In this document: positions 23,595-36,419 of the stretch, piece by piece
Numbering within the stretch: position 1 is the stretch's first letter
How the letters are laid out: the number at the start of each line of letters is the position of its first letter
Origin: Eledone cirrhosa
Lineage: Eukaryota
Direction: 5' to 3'
DNA length: 64,000 nt
NCBI GenBank assembly: GCA_964016885.1
Contig: OZ024742.1
Span: forward strand, 78,244,001 to 78,308,000
The notes under the pieces: model-generated
Database searches by the model: none
Told to the model about the DNA's origin: nothing
What the model saw: only the letters and a program-made list of their open reading frames with translations
Translations under genes and position numbers: made by a program

Positions 23595-26500
23595 AGTTGC
23601 ATTTATCTTGCTTTATGTTCATACGAGTTATCACCAAGTCACAACCAGTGACCTCAAGAGACAACAAGGTCCGCCATGTTCAAGAAAGAACATACATACA
23701 CACACATGCATCTTTAGTGTTTAGACTTGTGATGTACTTATATTGACAGAATCTTCCTTAGTATATGGGCAGTTCCCATTAGTACTATCTTTTCTATTTC
23801 TCATATACGCGGGTTTCCTGGGATTTGCGATAAGTAATCATTAGACCCCTTAGGTATCATTCCTAGAGCGCCTATAACCACTGGTATTGTTTTAGTTCTC
23901 AATTTCCACATTTTTCCAATTTCTATCTCCAGGTCCTTATAATTGCTCAATTTTTCAAATGTTTTTATATATACATTCTTGTCTATTGGAACGGACATAT
24001 CAATTAGCAAGCATACCCTCTTTTTAAAGTCCTTCAGTATTATATCAGGTCTGTTTGCATCTATTTTTCGGTCTGTTTGGATGCTAGAGTTCCACAATAT
24101 TGAGATGTGATGTTTTTCAAGTATGGGAGGTGGTTGATGCTCCCATCAATTCTTTTGATGGGGCAGGTCAAAATGCTTACACATTATCCAATGTATGTAT
24201 TGTGCAGCTCTGTCATGCCTGTTTAGATATTCGGTTGGAGCTATAGGACTGCACATTGAAATTATATGTTCAATGGTCTCTGGTTGTTTTTTACATACAC
24301 GGCATAATGGGTTGCATCCATTTTTTATAATGTTGGCTTGGTAATTTTTTGTTGGCAGACACTGATCTTGTGCTGATATAATTAGTCCTTCAGTCTCCGA
24401 TTTCAGTCCAGAGGATGCCAACCAGTGATGGGTTAAAGTTTTGTCAACATCAGGATTGTTAGCTCTTTCTGGATATTTTCCATACAGAGGCTTTTCTTGC
24501 CATTTCTTAGCCAGTTTCTGTAGCAGTTCTTTCTTTGCAGTTACTTTTACCTGCTTTGCTTTTTCTGTGTTTTTCATTTCAGCAGTAAATGGAACATCTG
24601 AAATTTGTAGACCATTACTGTATCTTTGTGTATCTGTTGTAATGGAGTATGATCTTTTGATGCTTTCGTGTTTCAAAACGCGTTTGATCATCCAATCATG
24701 TGATTCCCTTAGATATGTAGATAATCCAATTGTTGCAGCTTTCAACGCAATATCTAACTGGATTAACCCACGTCCTCCTCCTTTTCCAGGGAGATATATT
24801 CTATCTGTATCTGCCTTATGGTGATGCATTCTGTGCATGGTTAAGAATTTTCGAATTTTTTTATCGAGCTTACGGATCTCTGTGCTTGACCAGTTGATGA
24901 CATTGTAACTGTAGGTTACTACTGGTATGGCAAGCGTGTTTATGGCATCGATCCTATCCTTGCATTCAATTCCGTTCTTAAGATTGCTCTTACTCTGCGG
25001 TAACCTTCCTTCCTTATCCTTTCCCTCATTGTCGAGTGCTTGATTCCGTCTCCTTCACAAACACCTAGATATTTGTAAGTTTTCTCTTGATCAAGTTCTC
25101 TTATCACATACCCCCGATCAAGATTAATGTCTGAACTTTTCAGCAGCTTTCCTCTGGTAAACGTTGCTTTGGCGAATTTATCTAGTCCAACTCCATTTTA
25201 ATGTCATCAATGAACTGCTTCACGGGGGATAATGGCCCTTGCAATTGTTCATCATTTTTTTCAAATAGTTTCAGGTCATCCATGTAGAACAAGTGATTAA
25301 TGGTGTTGTCATAGAATTTAGATCCATGTTTTGTTTCATTGAGCATTTTACTTAATGGTATAAGTGCGATGCAGAATAAAAGCGGTGATAAAGAGTCACC
25401 CTGAAAAATTCCACGATTAATATTAACTTTTCCAGCTTACAGTGATTTTTTCTCACTATTCAAAAGGAGTGTCGTTTTCCATGTCCTCATACTGAATGAC
25501 AGGAACCTCCTGACAACGGGAGATATTTTGAAAATCTCTAAACATTTTCAATCCAACTGTGTGGCAAACTATCGAATGCTTTTTTATAATCTATCCAAGC
25601 AATTGATAGATTTTTGTGTCTATTATGACAATCTTCCAGTATCATTTTGTTAACCAAAAGCTGATCTTTACAGCCATATGAGCCTCGTTTACACCCTTTC
25701 TGCTCATTGAGAAATAGGTCATTTGTTATCAGGTGGTCATATGTATATTCAGTTAGGACTGATGTTAAAATGTTATACATTGTAGTCAAGCAAGTTATCG
25801 GTCTGTAATTTTGGGGATTGTTTGTCTCATCATTCTTCGGAAGTAGGAATGTAATGCTGTTAACCAGCCATGATGGTATCTTTTCTGGCTCCTTAAAGTT
25901 GGGCTAACAGCTCATGAGACTCTATGAAGGCATTTATCCAAAAGTTTGGTATTTTGTCTTTTCCTGGGGATTTCCATTTGCTGGTTTTTCTAAGAGCCAA
26001 ACGCAACTGTTCAACTGTTATATTTTCCCATGTTTGTTCCTCAAGGTGAGCTGTATCTTTCATTTGTCTGTCTATCCATGGGGCATGTATATTATGAACC
26101 TTTTCTTCGGCCCAGATCTTATCCCAGAATTCTTGCACTTCCTCCTTGGGTGGTATTGATTTAGCAGTTATTGTTGACTTGCCAATTTTTCTGTAGAAGT
26201 TTCTTTGCTTGTTTTTTAACATATTATTGTCCTTATAGAATCTAGATCGTTTTACAAAGCGCCTTATACGAGCAGCTTTGGCCGACACGTTTTGCTTGAT
26301 TATTTCTATCAGCATGTCTACGTCACTTGTTGATTTTATACTATATTTTCTTTTCAATTTTCTAAGCTTAGTTTGTTTAACATATTCACCTACTTTGTGG
26401 TTTGTTAACATTTCTATGTCAGTTTGGAGAAGGTTTATTTGGCGATTGATGTTCTCTTGCCAAGTAGGTTTCTTGTGAGAATTCCTTTGTTTTTTCATTT

Positions 26501-27530
26501 TCACTCCACATAAGTGAGTGGTGACTTTAGGTGATGCATAATACAGATGATTTAAATCAGTAATGTTTAGTTTGTTTGTGATGATAATGTTTTTGAGAAT
26601 TATGTTAGTTTTGTGTATTATCTTTTGGTTCTGTTTGGAGTTCTGGATCTTAGGGAGGGTGTCTCGTTCGCCCATGTCAGATTCTTTCATTTTCATCCAT
26701 TCGATCATAATTTCATCTTTCAAGTTGGCATGTTCATTATCATTCATTTCTTTATCATTTACGATCTCATTGTTTTCATTTTGAGTTTCATCTTGAGCAT
26801 GCACTCTCTCCACTTTTTCGATCCTTTCTTTAATTTGTTCTGTTGTCAGTGATTCCGCCCCAACCCTGGGATTCGAAGTGTTACAATTTACCTCGTTTTC
26901 ACTGACACATGTTTCATTTCCCCTTCGCTGACTTTGTGCTAATAGCTTGATCTGATCAATTTCTATATCAGTTAGTAACTTTTTTTAACAATATTTCTTC
27001 GTATATTGGCTAGTTTGTTACTGTCAATATAGCCTCTGTTTTCGGGATGTTTCTTTTTCCAGTTGATATATGTCTGTTCTGTATTCGATCTATTTGATGG
27101 GTAGTACATGGCAGTGTAGAAAGCCTCAAGGACTTCTTTATTGTTTTCCCTTGACCATTTTTCTCTCTTTTTCTTTGGATTTCTTGATGGTGAGCATGAA
27201 GGGCCAACAGTAGGAGTATTCCGTTTATGGGAGGTCTCCAGCTCCGAAGTGATGGGAAGGTTTGAACCATTAGCTGATTTTTCGACCCCAGTCTGGTTCT
27301 TCTCTGAGGGACGCGGCCCTTTTTGACCCGGGTGACGGCCGATCCGGTATGAGATTTTATCATTTGACATTTACTTTATTTTGTTGCGTTTTACGTTAAA
27401 CGCCAAGGGGTAATCATTTCGTGTTACCTCTCCTAGGACGAGTGTCAACCAAGACTAGAGGGGTCGTTCTCCACTAGAGACACGGCTATTCCCCGCCGGC
27501 CGCCATCCCGGTATTTCTTGGTCACCGGGT
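23594..27530 (-). mobile_element. Near full-length R4/Dong-like LINE (RT + CCHC + REL), frameshifted
   Basis: ORF pieces: KSPGKDKI, EQKGCKRG..DQLL, WIDYKKAFDSLPH, CRVC..ETIEHIISMC..RHD, NRPDIIL..LIDMSVP..K; 5' UTR 27371-27530; (AAT)n tail. Confidence 0.9.
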
Positions 27531-29792
27531 TTTCTTTTTTGTTATTTTTTAAATTGTTATTATCATGAGTGGTTCCTTAATGTGAGCATTGCGTGGCTTA
27601 AGAATGAAATTATTATTAATAATTTAATATACTTTTTGTTGAAGTTGCTTGTTGTTATTGTTGGCTATGTCGGTGGTGGTGCTGGGGCTTTTTCTATTGT
27701 TGGTGGGGAAGGGGGGAGACAGCAGTGCCATAGTCGTTGACGTTTGACCGTGTCACTAAGTCAGTCTATTTATATCTCTTGCTAGTCTCTCCCTTGTCTA
27801 GTGATACCGCCACCTTCCCATTTCTTAATTTAACAGAAGGTAGTGGGGGAATAGTGGTGGTAGCAATGAAGGAGTGGTGGCGGCGGTGATGGGATAGTGG
27901 TACCAATGATGGAGTGGTGGCGGCGGTGACTATAGTGATTGCGTTGTCGTTACTGAGTTCTTTTGAATAGACTGTAGTAGTATTCGTTTGTTTGATCTCT
28001 ATATATATGCGGTTTGTCGCGTATGTTTAATATATGTGTTGACATATTTTTCTTAATATTTGAATTAAACATTTTGAGAAAACTTGAAATACAATAATAG
28101 TAGGTGGTGTATCTAGGTTGTGGTGGTGGTGAAATTGCTGTTATTTGGCCGTTTTATATAGTGTAGACAAAGGGGGTTTTCTCCCATTTATAGCTATTTT
28201 ATTTTTTTAATATAAAATTTATAATACAAAATTGAATATTTGAGCAATATATTTATTATTATTATTATTATTATTGGCGACCTACGTAGGAAATCGTATC
28301 ATCGTGAGATCCGCAAAGGTTTGCTGTTTTCGTTTGTTTAAAATTGTCATTTATGGAAGATTTTTGTTGTTAACTGTTTATAAGCTCACAAAATTTGCTT
28401 TAGGAAAAGGACACTCAAAAGGATTGGGGCCTTGAGCCCAAAATTTAAACTTTTATAATTATCAAACAAAAAAATTTCTTTGAAAAATCATGGACGATTC
28501 ACAGCCACACCTTCCTCACAAACTAACACCTCACACCGACACCACCATTTTCCAACACTAAAAATATAAGCAGAAGCAATAATTTAAATTTGTCTCATGC
28601 AGATATTCATTTCCCGCCATTACGAATTACTGCAGCGACAACAGAAACAAAAGAAAAAAATAAATTATCTGCGACAACAGAAACAAAAGAAAAAAATGAA
28701 TTATCTCGTGACATCGAAATGGATTCACCCAGAATGGACTCTTCCACACCCAACACCACTGACGACACCAACACCACAACTGAAACTAAAAATAACGATG
28801 ACAACAACAGCAACAACAACAATGAGAATAACAAAAGCACCGTGTTTTTTGCCAAAGCAGCAAAAAAGTGCGAAGCAATCCAGGTAACTCACGAGGAATT
28901 AGATGAAGCCAAGAGAATGGTAAAGAAAGATGGGTAGTGAGGATCAGGGTGACCCACGTTCCACCGGCTATCGAAATTCCCTGGCTAATGGCTGCCGTCC
29001 TCGCCGGCATCGAGGCCAACAGCAAGATAATCGAAATAGCAAAATAAAAGCAGGAGAACTGGTCCGGATCTGGGATTGAGCTCCTGATCCAAGCGGACCA
29101 AAAAAGCATTGAGGAGATCCCAGAGGTAATAGACCTCACTGACGGCAGCCACCTCACCGTAATCGTCGAGGGCAGAAAGCCTAGGTGTGTCGTTTGTGGT
29201 GAAGGAACCCACCTAAGGGATTTCTGCCCTCAGGCTAAAAGGTTGAGGCCACCTCTCTTACCCACCGCAGTGACTCAACCATCAACACCACCAGCAGCAT
29301 AAATGGCAGCAACAACTGAAGCAACTGGAACAGCAACAACCCCAGCAACAGTAGCAAAACCAACACCACCACCACCCAACGCGCCAGAACTAGCACCAGC
29401 GCCTACACCATCCACCACGCCACAACCAAAACCAACGCCTGTGGAGGGTTTTCCACTCCCCGACATATCGCAACTGGAAACAGATTGTGACGACGAGGAG
29501 TGGGAAACGGTATCAGTAAAAAAGAAAAAAAGAAGAATAAAGCCAAAAGAAAAAATTCCTCTTCCTTCCCCCTCCAAAAACAAAATACAGAAGGAAACAA
29601 ATAAACTATCAAACAAAAATGTTAGGACAGCTATGCCACCATCCACACCAGCATCACCAACACCGTCACCATCATTAACCCCAACACCACCATCACCAAC
29701 ACCACAAAAGTCACCAAAAGGCGAAACAGAAACAAACCCACAAAAAACGCAAACAAAACAAAACAACCAAAACGATACACACTACACAGCAT

Positions 29793-29975
29793 TGTGGATT
29801 GGCAGTATTGGTAGAGTGTCTTATGCCATGCTTTGGTGCATAGAGTTATGGCCCTTGCCATTCTGAGTTCAAATCCCGCCGAGGTTAACTTTGCCTTTCA
29901 TCCTTACGGGGTCGATAAAATAAAGTACCAGTAATACACTAATAATTGCTGGCCTTGTGACTAACGTAGAAACAA
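29793..29975 (+). mobile_element. tRNA-derived SINE inserted in Tx1 ORF1
   Basis: Full match to 17383-17566. Confidence 0.85.
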
Positions 29976-30291
29976 TTAAATTTGAACAACAACCTATTAT
30001 TACACTACATCCAACAAAACACCAGCATCACAGAAAAAGAGTACACAACACCCGAAAAGTTCACACCACCTCCACACATACAAATCACTCGCATCACACA
30101 GAAAACGTACACGACACTAAAACAAAAATTCCCCAAAGACATCGGAGACTTTCGACAAGCACTCTCCAGGAGGATTTATAAGGACATCCTTCCGGAGGAG
30201 GCAACAAGCAGTGAAAAGGATGGAGAAACCATCCTTCCTCTACGAGAAGTAAAGTAAGTGGTCTTTCCCATCTTTTCCACTCCATTTCAAC

Positions 30292-33200
30292 ATGACCTCA
30301 ATCAGAATAGGCAGCATAAATGCGCGTGGCTTGGTGTCGTCATGGCAGCAGGGCCACCTGCTCAACGACCTCAGGTCACTAAACATAGATGTTGTGGCCA
30401 TCAGCGAGACCAGAATCTCCGAAGCAAGGGCCTTCGCACCGATCTTCGGCCGTTACGATGTGTACGCATCTCCCAGTCGTCCTGGATCGGCGGGAGGAGT
30501 TGCTGTGCTTTTTCGGAGAGGTTTGGATCTCGCCATACGGGCCATTTTCCTGGACCCAGAAGGTAAGTTGGTGGTGCTGGACGTGACCAGCGGAGACGGG
30601 CAAGCTTTCAGGCTAATTGCCGTCTATGCCCCGACAGGAGCAGGGCGGCCTGATTTCTTCCGGCTTCTGGAGACCTTTCTTGGAACGTCCCGCTCTTTAG
30701 TGTTAGTGGGCGACTGGAACGGAATCTTAGATGCACACTCGGACTGTGTGGGATTAGCCGATAGGGGAGGAGGGTGCAAGAGTCTCACCACCCTGATCAG
30801 GCCATTTGAACTGTCTGGCAGGTACCGATTGGATTTCCCGAATGTGCCAATGTGGACTTGGACAAACCGCATAGGGTCATCCAGATCATATCTAGATAGA
30901 GTATTTTGTAGGGAAATAGATAGGTCTAGCATAGGCTGTCAAAAATTCAAGATAGTCAGCTACACGGACCACGAGTTCCTGATCTGTGTGCTTGACTTAG
31001 ATAGGCTTCATAGATGAGGACCGGCTACTGGAAGCTAAACGCGTCCTTACCAGCGCGCAAGGCCTACAGAAACCGTATTAGTGAACTAGTTAAGCGAGCG
31101 TTGACGGGGGCCATCGTCAAGAACAAGGGGTGGTTTGCTCTGAAAAGAGCGATTAGAATAGAGTTCATTAGGTTTAGTAAGGCTTTAGCAATAGAGAAAA
31201 ATAGAGCAGAGGGCTAACTAGTTAGAAAATTAGACGAGGCGCTTAGCAAAGGCATCGCGACCGACGTACTTGCGGCTAAATTGGCCCTTGACCAATTCTT
31301 CAATGCAAAGCACGAAGGCTGCGTTGTCAGAGCTAGGGTGCGTGCATTCAGACCACAGGGGACGAAAGCCGTTCAATGGGCCCGTATGGCGGAGGCGCGT
31401 CGTGGCAACAAAGTCACGATCCGGTCTTTGGTGGACCAAGAGGGGCGTATGCTACTCGATCCCGGGCAAATGTGTGAAGCTTTTCAGCGACACTTCGCTC
31501 AGCTGTTCGGGGGCAGCGGCGGGCCGGATCGAGGGATGGACTTTAGTGTCTAAATCGACGGACTGCCGCGGCTCTCGGCCACTGAGGCGGAGTGTTGCGA
31601 AAAGCCGATAACAGCCGCTGAAGTACGGGAGGCAATGACTGGCTGCACAAGGGGTAAATCGCCTGGTTTGGATGGTCTGCCCTATAAACTTTACATACAG
31701 ATGCCACATTGTTCCGAGGCCTCTTGGCGGACGTCTACTGCAACTGGCAACAGAACAGGAGAATTCCCAGATCTGTGAGCCGAGGGCTGTGGCGCTGCTG
31801 AGAAAGGATCCGAACAAGGGGGATAACATGGATAATTTCAGGCCCATAACTCTGCTAAACACAGAGTTCAAGATTTTGACCAAGGTGCTAGCAAAGAGGT
31901 TGGCGCTTGTCGTTGGTGGTCAGGTGGGAAAGGCGGAGATATGCGCCATTCCTGACAGATCCATCCACGACAACCTCCACGTCATGCGATACATCGTGGA
32001 GAGAGTAGCTAAGGACCTGGCACGGGTGGGTCCTTGATCAATTTGGATCAGTCGAAAGCTTTCGATAGGGTCGACCATCGTTACCTAGCGGCAGTCCTGA
32101 GGGCGGCTGGCTTTGGGCCCGTCTTCAGAGGCTGGATCACCGCCATGCACAGCGACATCTGCTCTGTCGTGAGAGTGAACGGTCACCTTTCGGAACCGTT
32201 CAACTACATGCGCTCGGTCCCTCTTGTACGTATTGACTCTCGAGCCATTACTGCACAAACTGGAGACGTTGAGGGGCGTACCGCGCGCACTAGGATGCGG
32301 AAGATCCGTGTCAGCATATGCGGACGATGTCACCGTAGTGGTGTCGAACGCGAAACACATCGAGGCGATCGGCACTATACTAAGAGAATACGAAGCGGTG
32401 ACAGGAGCAATGATCAACCAGGAAAAGTCAGTGGGCCTGCAGATCGGCACCTGGAGAAGCAGGTCCATGCCGTCCAACAGCGTCGTCGGGCGCTGGACGG
32501 ACGAACCGGTTAAATTGCTAGGGGTCTGGTTCGGTCCGGACCTCCAGACGGACAAAAATTGGGACGAGGTGACGAGCAAGGTGGCTTCTCTCACCCAGAA
32601 ATGGGCGGAGAGGAAGCTATCCCTGAAAGGTCGAGCAGAGGTGGTTAACGCGTACATCGCGTCCGTCATCTACTACCGCCTGACCGTCGTACCTTGTCCA
32701 AAGCTACGCCTGACTGCGCTGGATCGTTTGCTCTTTCGCTTTTTGTGGAAGGGACGCGCTCCGATGGTCTGGCGGTCCATCTGCTGTCAACACCCGCTAC
32801 GTGGAGGGCTGGGCATGCCGTGGCTGATGATGCGCAGACACGCGCTCAGACTACGACATCTCCACCTCTTCCTCGACGGTGATCAGGTGTGGTCTCCGTT
32901 TGCTAGACACGTCTTTCCCCAGCTCGCTCCTTGACGGAGCTTCAGTCCTGGGTCAAGCGAAGACCGATAGGTAGCGCTTGGAGACTGGAATGTCTTCAGG
33001 CACTCACAGCCCTCGACCAATCGGGCAATGTGATCGGTGGAAACTCCACCTTGGCGTTCTATAGAGGATTAGTGGAGGCGAAGAGCGACGACGTACTTGG
33101 AGAAACTCTAGGCGACGACGAAAATCGACTAGCCAATCTCTTCGGAAGGACTTTCGGGCCGGGGCCTATGGACAACTTCCAGAAATCCCTGGCCTGGCAG

Positions 33201-33683
33201 TGCTACCGAGGAGCTTTGCCAGTTCGGGATAAACTCTACAGGCATGGGGGTGCCGTCAGCCCGGCATGTCCGAGATGCGCGCAGGGCGACGAAACCGTCC
33301 TGCACGCACTCGTCCAGTGTCGAAGCATTGCTGACTTGTGGGTTTATGTCGAACACCTGCTGTCACGTGTAGGACGGATCCAGCTATCAGCTGAGTCCAT
33401 CGTGAGGATTGCTCCGCCCTCTTCCTTTAGCCGGGAAGGACAGCCAGTTTTTATCTGTCTGGTGGCCATGGCGAAAGAGATAGTATGGTGGACACGTTTG
33501 AAAGGGCTGAAGACGAGCACTTACCTCTTCGGTGATGCCCTGATTAACTTTTTCAAATTTCATTTGAATAGGAAAATCAGGGTAGAGAGGGAAGTGCTCT
33601 CTTCCCAGCATTTTGTTGAAAGATGGGTGAGAGAAGCAAGTATGGCCCGAGTGAATGGGCCTACTCTGAATATGTGTCTGTAA
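30292..33683 (+). pseudogene. Tx1-like ORF2 (APE-RT-zinc finger), multiple stops and frameshifts
   Basis: SINARGL, ISET, VYAP, GDWN, YLDR, TDH; KAFDRVDH; YADD; CPRC..ETVLHALVQC; near-identical to 36420-39839. Confidence 0.92.
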
Positions 33684-33952
33684 ATTAAAGGTGGAAAACT
33701 GGGAGAGTGCACTTGCCCTGATGGTCAGGGTCACTGTGGCGTTTTAATGGGCTTTCTCCACAAATGTCCCTCGGAAGTCTCCCCCCTATTGGGGAATTTT
33801 GCATTGTTATTTTTATTACATCCTCTGTTTCTTGTTTTTTAACCCGCAGAAATGCCCATTTGTACCGCCCCGTATTGTCCTGTACTGTCCTTAATGTCTA
33901 CTTTATGTAGACCCTTGTGGTTAGTAAAGAAAGCATTATTATTATTAGTAGT

Positions 33953-33997
33953 AGTAATGCACTGGGTAATTGCTGGCCTTGTGCCTAAAGTAGAAAC
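33953..33997 (+). mobile_element. SINE 3' tail fragment followed by (ATT)n
   Basis: agtaatgcactgggtaattgctggccttgtgcctaaagtagaaac. Confidence 0.75.
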
Positions 33998-34001
33998 AAT
34001 T

Positions 34002-34040
<39 letters not shown>

Positions 34041-34255
34041 GAATGCCATGGTTGACGGAGGCTCGGCTCTGTAAGGTATAGTAATTTTTAACCGTTAAAA
34101 CAATTGTAAATTGTTTAAAACTTGAACCAAATTGTTGATAAAGACACCCTCCTCCTCGTGAGAGGGGTCTTTCTGTCCGTTATTTGGCCCTTCGGGGTTA
34201 AATAACCAGTTATTGGGGTTTTGTACCCAATATTCATTTTAAACAAAAAAACAAC

Positions 34256-36108
34256 ATGGCTACGAAAAAGAAATTTCATACGTCACTCCCACTCATTCCG
34301 CCATATTCTTCCTCAATCATCACTACAGCAGAGAGAAGATTGTCTCTCTCCCTCCCTTCTTTAAATGTGTCTCTCTCCCTCCCTTCTTTAAATGTGTCTC
34401 TCTCCCTCCCTTCTCTTTCGCAAGTGACGAAAGAAAAGAAAAGTCTCGTGCAAAGCGTGCTAGGTTTCTCCACGACGACGACGACAGCGACGAAACAGGT
34501 GTGCGGGAAATACGAAAACCCAGTTCATTCGTCTGATGTCAGGAATAATAGCAGTAGCAGCCGTAATAACAACAGCAACAGTGACAATGAAAACAACAGT
34601 AGCAGCCGCAACAGCATCACCAGCAGCATAAACAACAACAGCATTAGCAGCAGCAACACCAACAACAACCACAGCAACAGCGGCGGAGGCAGTAGTCGTA
34701 GTACCTGCAGCAACAACAAAAGTACCAGCAGCTCTGACGACAACAACAACAGCAGCAGCAGAGAAAAACCAATCTCATTTGCAGGTATTGCGAAAAACTT
34801 GGAAACAATCCTCATAACAAATGAGGAATTAGAGGAAGCGAAGAAGATGGTGACAAAGAATGGACACCGAGCAATCTGCAAGGCAGCGGAAAAATTTTTC
34901 GAAACCAAGAGCACTGTACGGTCACTTACCGTACAGTAAGTACAAAATCCCGTAGGGTGGAAAGAGCCACAGAGGCCCAAATACAAAAAGGCTTGGGGGT
35001 CTGTGTGGCAGCGGAAAACGCACATCACCCGAGGCAAAAAATATGCCACCGTAGACGTACTTTTTGCCACACCCAAGAGGCAAAGGCCCAATCAGTAGTG
35101 ACCATAAGGAGCGAGGAAATGGTGTTGGTGCCCTCCTACTGCGGGCAAAAAATTGTGAGGGTCAAACTGACCCACGTCCCCCCCGGAATGGCCCCTTCTT
35201 GGCTGGCCGCGTCTGTCCTCGTCGGAATCGAGGACAAAACAACTGTACTGCAAGTACAGAAAAAAGTAAGAGAAGATTGGGTAGGCACCTCCATTGAGAT
35301 GCTAATCCAAACCAACCAGGAGTGCATCGAAGCTATCCCGGATGTGATAGACTTCGATAACGGCACTCAACTGCCCATAAGTGTTGAGGGCAAACGCCCG
35401 AAATGCTTTCGCTGTGGATCGAAGACTCACCTCAGGGCCTTCTGCAACGAGAAGAGCCTGAGAAAGGAGAAAACCCCCCTCCTTCCGAATCCGGCTCCAC
35501 GGCTACCAACAACAGGACAAGCGGCAACCAGGAACGATAGGTCCGTGGCACCCATACCCACTCCACGGAAATCAAAAACAGCAGCAGCAGTGGAAATATT
35601 AACAACAACAACAGCAATACCAAATGCAGCTGCAACAGAGACTCCAGTGCAAACATCACCAACAACAACAAGTGAAAGAGTGGAGCTGGTACCCCTCCCC
35701 GACCTCACAGAATCAGACATGGAGTGTGAGGTGGGAGAGGGATGGCAAAAGGTCGTAAGAAGGCACAAACGCAGAAGCAGCGCATCGTCGCCTTTGAAAA
35801 GGGAGGAAAGAAATGAGAAAAGGGTAAAGTCTACTGCAAAGAGACCCACAGCAGCAACACCACCAACACCATCACCACCCACACTAGCACCACCATCACC
35901 ACCGGCGACAACCCCACCGCCAACAACACCTTCAACACCACCACCACAAGCACCAACATCGCAAACACAACAACAAAATACATACACCCAGCAACAACGA
36001 CAAGAAAATAGCAGAACCACACCCCACCCCCAGAAAAACAAATGCACGGCAATAAATACACACAACAAGAAACTAATGACTTACATAATTGAACACACAG
36101 ACATTTGA
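34256..36108 (+). pseudogene. Tx1-like ORF1 (gag-like, CCHC knuckle), frameshifted near 34920
   Basis: CFRCGSKTHLRAFC; Ser/Asn-rich N-terminus and Pro/Thr-rich C-terminus; split over ORFs 34256-34939 and 34957-36108. Confidence 0.8.
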
Positions 36109-36419
36109 CAACAGGACTACATAATACCAGCACCAATCAAAACGCCAACTAACATAAGACTGCTAAAAATAGCACAGAAACAATACACAAACATTAAAAC
36201 GAAATTCCCCAACGCAGTTGGTGATTTCAGGGACCTAGGAGGAACCATCAATCGAAGAGTATATTCAGACATTCTCTTAGAAGAGCCGACGACCAGCCGA
36301 AGGGACGATTCAAAGGTCCCTTCACCAGACGATCAAGTGAAAAGGGATGCAAAAACCATCCCTCCTCTACCAAAAGTACGGCAAGTGGTCTTTCCCATCT
36401 TTTCCACTCTATTTTAAAC

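Larger units (their letters stand above)
28276..33946 (+). mobile_element. Tx1-like LINE copy 1 (disrupted)
   Basis: (ATT)n at both ends; ORF1 remnants with zinc knuckle CVVCGEGTHLRDFC; ORF2 pieces for APE, RT (YADD) and C-terminal zinc finger. Confidence 0.92.
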
